Virus record (IMG/VR): IMGVR_UViG_3300008223_000004
Span: 1-51,539 of that record
DNA from: a virus
Lineage: Duplodnaviria > Caudoviricetes
Direction: 5' to 3' (one strand)
DNA length: 51,539 bases
Positions 46,815 through 51,539 of the stretch are shown in pieces. Each line of letters opens with the position of its first letter. Position 1 is the stretch's first letter. The notes under the pieces were generated by a model. The model was not told the DNA's origin and searched no databases. It saw only the letters and a list, made by a program, of their open reading frames with translations. The translations under genes and the position numbers were made by a program.

Positions 46815-46858
46815 TACAACCAATAGTTATTGATTTATCTACAACCAATAGTTATACT
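46815..46858 (+). promoter_or_regulatory. PL promoter with two OL operators
   Basis: TACAACCAATAGTTAT twice (46815-46830, 46840-46855) overlapping TTGATT-17-TATACT. Confidence 0.82.
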
Positions 46859-46891
46859 TTGAAAATCATCCAATACACGGAGTTTCACCCA

Positions 46892-47284
46892 ATGATCGAA
46901 GTGGAAGTAGATAACGGTGTTTTTTTAGAGATCAATTTGCCTGGCAATCTTACTAAGCGTGAAGAGCAAGTGATAGCGCTTAGATTCGCAGGAAAAAGCA
47001 AGGGCTCCATTAGCATAATTCTTGGCACCAGCATTAATACTGTAAACGCTCAAACGAAAACAGGATTTGAAAAGCTAGGCGTTACAGGTAGTGACAACCC
47101 TTTGGCGATACTTCAAACAATTTCATTCCTCAAGGGCTGGGCTCGCTTTGCAGCAATCGCTTTGATGGTCTTTTCTATGTTTCCAACTCCTAGACTGAAG
47201 ACGCAAACTAAAACAAGACAGGGGTCACAAATGGCGTCAGGAAGAAAGAATGACGACCTATTGCCCAATCAATGCTTTGCATAA
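46892..47284 (+). CDS. LuxR-type HTH protein
   Basis: LTKREEQVI...GTSINTV...FEKLGV. Confidence 0.8.
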   Translation: MIEVEVDNGVFLEINLPGNLTKREEQVIALRFAGKSKGSISIILGTSINTVNAQTKTGFEKLGVTGSDNPLAILQTISFLKGWARFAAIALMVFSMFPTPRLKTQTKTRQGSQMASGRKNDDLLPNQCFA

Positions 47285-47315
47285 TCCATAAATTAACAAT
47301 AAAAGGAATATTCAC

Positions 47316-47663
47316 ATGACCTTACTACTTTCTCTAACAGCAGCTTTGCTTGTTATTTATCGAATTAGCCAGTACTTAAAAAGCAAGAAAAAAAAGGCAC
47401 CCGTTCAATTTATTTCAGCATTTGGTGTTTCTCATGCGGCATTAATCACCCCGCAGAAGCTTAACCATGTCGATGAAGATCGGGGGCAACTTGAGCTTCC
47501 TCTTGAAGGCTCAACTATAGACGAAATAATTTTTAAAGAAAGTGGACGGCGTTTGCATTGTTTTTCAAAAGCTCCGACAAGAAAAAGAAAAGGTTTGGGT
47601 GCAACGCTTTGCAGGAAAAAAGGAAAACTAAGTTCAAATAAAACGATTCAACTTTACGCCTGA
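47316..47663 (+). CDS. Hypothetical protein with N-terminal membrane anchor
   Basis: Hydrophobic N-terminus followed by a basic cluster. Confidence 0.6.
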   Translation: MTLLLSLTAALLVIYRISQYLKSKKKKAPVQFISAFGVSHAALITPQKLNHVDEDRGQLELPLEGSTIDEIIFKESGRRLHCFSKAPTRKRKGLGATLCRKKGKLSSNKTIQLYA

Positions 47664-47693
47664 AAGGGTTTTTAAAATCAAAGGATATAAGCA

Positions 47694-47888
47694 ATGTTGT
47701 TATTAACAAGAAGAGTTGGCGAAACAGTAATGATTGGTGACGATGTGACCGTGACCGTTTTAGGCGTTAAAGGCAACCAAATTCGCCTTGGTTTTGAAGC
47801 ACCAAAAGAAACCAAAATTCTCCGAGAAGAAATCTATCTTCGTATTCAAGATGAAGAAAATGCTCAAACAAAATTAGTGGCCGCCTAG
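47694..47888 (+). CDS. csrA: Carbon storage regulator CsrA/RsmA homolog
   Basis: [33 protein letters not shown]...REEIY. Confidence 0.96.
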   Translation: MLLLTRRVGETVMIGDDVTVTVLGVKGNQIRLGFEAPKETKILREEIYLRIQDEENAQTKLVAA

Positions 47889-47944
47889 ATTTGAACAGTG
47901 CCTTTCGCCCAGTTATGTAGTCGGGCATTTTTTAGAGGTTTTGC

Positions 47945-48115
47945 ATGTTAGATGAAGACAAGTTTCAACAGATATTTGGCGAAGCTAATACCCAGTATCA
48001 AAAAGGCAAAAAAGATTGTTATGACGATGAAGGTAAGAAATCAAATAACGCCGACTATCTGAAAGGATATGAGGCTCAAGAAAGCATTGAAGCAAGGGTT
48101 AAGGAAAATGGCTAG
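47945..48115 (+). CDS. Small hypothetical protein (56 aa, not in ORF track)
   Basis: GAGG RBS; MLDEDKFQQ...YLKGYE; overlaps ssb start. Confidence 0.55.
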   Translation: MLDEDKFQQIFGEANTQYQKGKKDCYDDEGKKSNNADYLKGYEAQESIEARVKENG

Positions 48116-48713
48116 AGGCGTAAACAAAGTAATTCTAATCGGCAATCTTGGCAATGATCCTGATGTAAGAGTGACGGCAACCACCACCTTTGCAAATATG
48201 AACATTGCTACCGATGAAAGCTACAAAGATAAACAGACTGGCCAAATGGTTCCTAAAACTGAATGGCACAAAGTTGTATTTAGTGGAAAGGTTGCGGAAA
48301 TCTGCCAGCTATATCTCAAGAAGGGCTCAAAAGTCTTTATTGAGGGGCGTTTGCAAACTCGCAAATGGCAAGATCAAAATGGCAATGATCGATACACAAC
48401 TGAAATACGCGGCTTTGAAATGCAAATGCTCGACGGTAAAGGCGGCAATCAACAGCAAGCCCCACAACGAGCACCAGCGCAACAAGGTGCTTATCAGCAA
48501 CAAGCGCCTCAACAGCAAAGCGGGTATCAGCAGCAGGCCCCACAACAACAGGGAGGCTATCAACAGCAAGCGCCATCATCACCGATGTCCCAAAATAATA
48601 CACATTATGCAGAAGATCAAAACCAGAATTACGCAAGCAACAAAAACAGATCATCAAGCCAAGCGCCACAAATGGAACCAGCTGATGACTTTGACAGCGA
48701 CATACCTTTTTGA
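48108..48713 (+). CDS. ssb: Single-stranded DNA-binding protein
   Basis: [15 protein letters not shown]...KTEWH...DFDSDIPF. Confidence 0.97.
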   Translation: MARGVNKVILIGNLGNDPDVRVTATTTFANMNIATDESYKDKQTGQMVPKTEWHKVVFSGKVAEICQLYLKKGSKVFIEGRLQTRKWQDQNGNDRYTTEIRGFEMQMLDGKGGNQQQAPQRAPAQQGAYQQQAPQQQSGYQQQAPQQQGGYQQQAPSSPMSQNNTHYAEDQNQNYASNKNRSSSQAPQMEPADDFDSDIPF

Positions 48714-48855
48714 GATTCACTCCAATTAGAATCACCCCCGCATATGTGGGGTTTTTGGGTGAAGGGGTAGACTGTTTAGCTTTACTAGATATTCAGCTGA
48801 ATTTTTTAATTACTGGGGCTACCCCTTCAACTTATTAATAAGGGGATTATTCAAA

Positions 48856-49578
48856 GTGGTAGCGATGTACACCGTGATTATTCCATACAAAAAGCCTTAC
48901 ACAGATGTGAGGTATGAAATTGAAGCAAGCTCTATAAGCGATGCGCGAGCCAAAGGATTAACCAAGGCTTTTTACGACAATGGAAGTCTGCCTCATTTTA
49001 AATTAAGAATTACAAAGCAGGTAGGTAATAAAATGATTGAGGTACCAGAATTCTTACTGGAAATGTCCAAGCAGTTGAATACTCAAGATAACAGAATTAC
49101 CGCTGAACCACTTTACCAGGTTAGACACAAAGCATACCTGGTGACAGAGGAAGGTTACAACGATCATCATTTTGAGCTTTATGATAATGATGTTTGTGAA
49201 ACGATGTTCTCCTCACTAGAAAGCGACGAAGAACCATTTCGAGAGCATTTAATTGACCATTGTTTTGAATGGTGCAAAAAGTGGGCTTGTTGTCTTGAAG
49301 AGCTGGATAACGCAGACGATGAAGCAATCACTGAAAGATTTCATGAGCTCTATGAAATTTCTTGTGATGAATTCCCTAGTTGCATTAATAAAGTTCACCA
49401 GCAAGAAATCGAGAAGGTGGTTAAATCATGCCTTACTCAAGCTGATGCTGAATGGTTCATTAAGCGTAAGCAGCACGATTACCCAAAACTCTATATTTAT
49501 GTTGAATCAATGGTTTACTGCCCTCAAATGATTGAGCTTAGAGATTGGATTAAAAACTTAACAAGCAGTAAGGGGTAA
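48856..49578 (+). CDS. Ead/Ea22-like phage protein (main start possibly 49033)
   Basis: TQDNRITAEP...CLTQADAEWFIKRKQHD. Confidence 0.65.
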   Translation: MVAMYTVIIPYKKPYTDVRYEIEASSISDARAKGLTKAFYDNGSLPHFKLRITKQVGNKMIEVPEFLLEMSKQLNTQDNRITAEPLYQVRHKAYLVTEEGYNDHHFELYDNDVCETMFSSLESDEEPFREHLIDHCFEWCKKWACCLEELDNADDEAITERFHELYEISCDEFPSCINKVHQQEIEKVVKSCLTQADAEWFIKRKQHDYPKLYIYVESMVYCPQMIELRDWIKNLTSSKG

Positions 49579-49584
49579 TTAATT

Positions 49585-49833
49585 GTGAGTAAATCAAAAG
49601 CGGTGCCTAAATACAAATCATGCAGGTACTACAGTATATTGTTTAATGGTAAGCAGTATAAAGGCTGGGTATCTCAAAAAGTGGGTAATGGAAAAATGAC
49701 GTTTAGCCACCCTTCCCTTGGTTACTTCAGCGCAAGCAAGCCAACGTCTAACGATTGGATAAAAGCTTGCTGGGAAGACTTTATAGAGTTCACCCAACGC
49801 TTTGAAAATACAGCCACTACAGCACAAGGGTAG
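49585..49833 (+). CDS. Hypothetical protein
   Basis: Co-oriented ORF with RBS. Confidence 0.55.
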   Translation: MSKSKAVPKYKSCRYYSILFNGKQYKGWVSQKVGNGKMTFSHPSLGYFSASKPTSNDWIKACWEDFIEFTQRFENTATTAQG

Positions 49834-49837
49834 CATC

Positions 49838-50071
49838 ATGTCAGCAGCAGAAGTTATACCAATAAACTCAAAGAAAACTAATATTTTCTTAAAGCCTGGA
49901 ACGTGGGTACACCAAAAGATCATTGAACAAATGTTTGGTTTTACTGAAGATCAATTGAAAAAATACCGCACAGGCCAATGGCTTGAAGGCAAGCATTGGA
50001 CTAAAAACCCAGCGAACCGTATTACCTATAACACTTTAACAATTGATGCTTGGATGGGTGGAGAGCTTTAA
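49838..50071 (+). CDS. xis: Excisionase (DUF1233-like)
   Basis: WLEGKHW...YNTLTIDAW directly upstream of int. Confidence 0.82.
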   Translation: MSAAEVIPINSKKTNIFLKPGTWVHQKIIEQMFGFTEDQLKKYRTGQWLEGKHWTKNPANRITYNTLTIDAWMGGEL

Positions 50072-50072
50072 A

Positions 50073-51347
50073 ATGGATAATGACGACTTCGACTTACCAA
50101 AAGGTGTAGAGATTCACGGCGCAAGTTTGCGAATTGTCTTTATGCTGGAAGGTGTAAGGATGCGCGAACTGTTGAAAGTTGCAAAGATCAATAAGAACTC
50201 GATCAAATACGCGGCGAATAAGCGTAGTGTTATTTTAACCGAAATCAAAGAAAGCAATTTCGATTACCTGAAGCACTTCCCTGAGTCGCCTAGAGCGCTT
50301 AAGTATTCAGGCGCTAGTTGTTCAGATATTAATAGAACGATTGCTCAAGGCATAGATAATTGGCTAGAAATATCAGCTGAGAAAAATGCAACGGCCACTA
50401 TCGAAGGTTACCGATCAAAGGCGAAGCGAGTAAAAGAATATTTTGAAAACCGCCGTATTCGCTCGATCAAGCAAATTGATATAACACGCTTTAGAAAACA
50501 CCTAATTGAAGTTGATAAGTTAGAAATCAAAACTATCAATGATACGTTTACGCCTTTACGCCAGGCTTTTATATTGGCAAAGCAAGAAGGCATCATTAAA
50601 GATAACCTGCTTGAGCTAATACCTAACCTTGAAAGTGACGATGATGAAGAGAGCCAAGCAGATCCATATACAGAAAAAAACTTGAAGGCAATTTGGAAAT
50701 TAAAGAATGAAGGGTTTTATAAGCCTCAAGTTGTGAACATGTTTTTATTTACATGCTGGACTGGTTTATCTTTATCTGAGGTTATCGCTTTAGCCTGGGA
50801 AGATATTGATATGACAGAAATGACAATAAAAGTTCAGCGTGCGCGAGTCGGAAAAGAATATAAAGCAACAAAAGCATCATCAAGAACACGTGAATTTGAA
50901 TTATTACAACCCGCTATTGATATTTTACTTGATCAGAAAAAGCATACTTTTATGCAATCTCCTTCTGATTTAAATGTTAGGCGCCGTAATAATGTAAATT
51001 TTACCGATCAATCTGTGCGGTTTATTTTTAAAAATACAATGCCTGAGTGTGAAGATGGTCATTGGAAAAGCAAAGCAGTACAAGGCGCATACGCTGATTT
51101 ATTGAGAAAGGCTAAAATTCGGCATCGTGGCCCGAACCAGTGCCGCCACACTTTTGCATCAATGATGATAACTAAATTAGTGCCGCTCGATATTATCGCG
51201 TCATTAATGGGTCATACGTCAACAAAGATGATTAAAAAGCATTACGCAAAGATTATTCCAGAAGACAAACCGCATGTTGCAAAGCTCGTTTCTGCGATGA
51301 TGGGAATTGAGTATAATTTTAAGTGCCAAGAGGTGCGTACAAAGTGA
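50073..51347 (+). CDS. int: Prophage integrase (tyrosine, DUF3596-type arm domain)
   Basis: GVEIHG..LRI.F; WTGLSLSE, QCRHTFAS, MGH, HY; adjacent to att. Confidence 0.95.
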   Translation: MDNDDFDLPKGVEIHGASLRIVFMLEGVRMRELLKVAKINKNSIKYAANKRSVILTEIKESNFDYLKHFPESPRALKYSGASCSDINRTIAQGIDNWLEISAEKNATATIEGYRSKAKRVKEYFENRRIRSIKQIDITRFRKHLIEVDKLEIKTINDTFTPLRQAFILAKQEGIIKDNLLELIPNLESDDDEESQADPYTEKNLKAIWKLKNEGFYKPQVVNMFLFTCWTGLSLSEVIALAWEDIDMTEMTIKVQRARVGKEYKATKASSRTREFELLQPAIDILLDQKKHTFMQSPSDLNVRRRNNVNFTDQSVRFIFKNTMPECEDGHWKSKAVQGAYADLLRKAKIRHRGPNQCRHTFASMMITKLVPLDIIASLMGHTSTKMIKKHYAKIIPEDKPHVAKLVSAMMGIEYNFKCQEVRTK

Positions 51348-51350
51348 AGA

Positions 51351-51371
51351 TTTTGCCCCATTTTTGCCCCA
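51351..51371 (+). repeat. Integrase arm-type sites
   Basis: Identical to 215-235. Confidence 0.8.
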
Positions 51372-51419
51372 TTCCACCTTTGAAAATAGCTAAAAGCTAT
51401 ATGAATCAAGAAGATAAAA

Positions 51420-51510
51420 TGGCGGTGAGTCAGGGATTCGAACCCCGGGTGGGCTACAAACCCACGCTGGTTTTCAAGACCAGTGCATTCAACCGCTCTG
51501 CCAACTCACC
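51420..51510 (-). tRNA. tRNA-Ser (anticodon UGA)
   Basis: Cloverleaf GGTGAGT...CTGGT-CTTGAAA-ACCAG, long variable arm, GTTCGAATC, CCA end. Confidence 0.97.
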
Positions 51511-51539
51511 GCAATTGCTTTCTCGTCGAAAGCGGATGC

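Larger units (their letters stand above)
98..51445. mobile_element. Complete lambda-like temperate prophage (siphovirus morphology genes) integrated in tRNA-Ser
   Basis: 26-bp direct repeat of the tRNA 3' end at both ends; integrase next to the intact tRNA; immunity, replication, lysis, head and tail modules all present. Confidence 0.96.

Noticed and set aside
48205-48735. Alternative-frame ORFs over ssb, and similar antisense ORFs inside tail, capsid and terminase genes
   Set aside because: Fully overlap well-supported genes and have no recognisable motifs

Overview
The window holds an apparently complete ~51.3 kb lambda-like temperate siphophage prophage. It is integrated at the 3' end of a tRNA-Ser(UGA) gene, with a 26-bp att core at 98-123 and 51420-51445. 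The host is probably a Gammaproteobacterium (csrA, ssb, IHF sites). From right to left the modules are: int/xis; a PL operon (LuxR-HTH, csrA, ssb); an immunity region (short HTH-only repressor, Cro, extra XRE, orphan receiver domain); a c4-like antisense RNA; O/P replication genes with iterons; nin genes; a Q-like gene; lysis genes; three large adhesin- or enzyme-like genes; a lambda-type terminase/head/tail module; a second tyrosine recombinase; and ~14 kb of accessory genes with a third, minimal recombinase. The main candidate novel system is a sequence with lambda cosQ-23nt-cosN geometry at ~7390-7430, about 26 kb from terS. Next to it is a co-oriented gene array punctuated by a repeated RBS motif and a covarying RNA hairpin, encoding a polyvalent-type adenine methyltransferase and a clamp-like protein. 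This would be a first-injected, probably anti-defence leader region in a temperate phage. Two more repeat families, an exact 19-bp site in 4 copies and a TGTCG-type gene-junction motif, may be recombinase targets. All family assignments come from motif recognition by eye; no searches were run.
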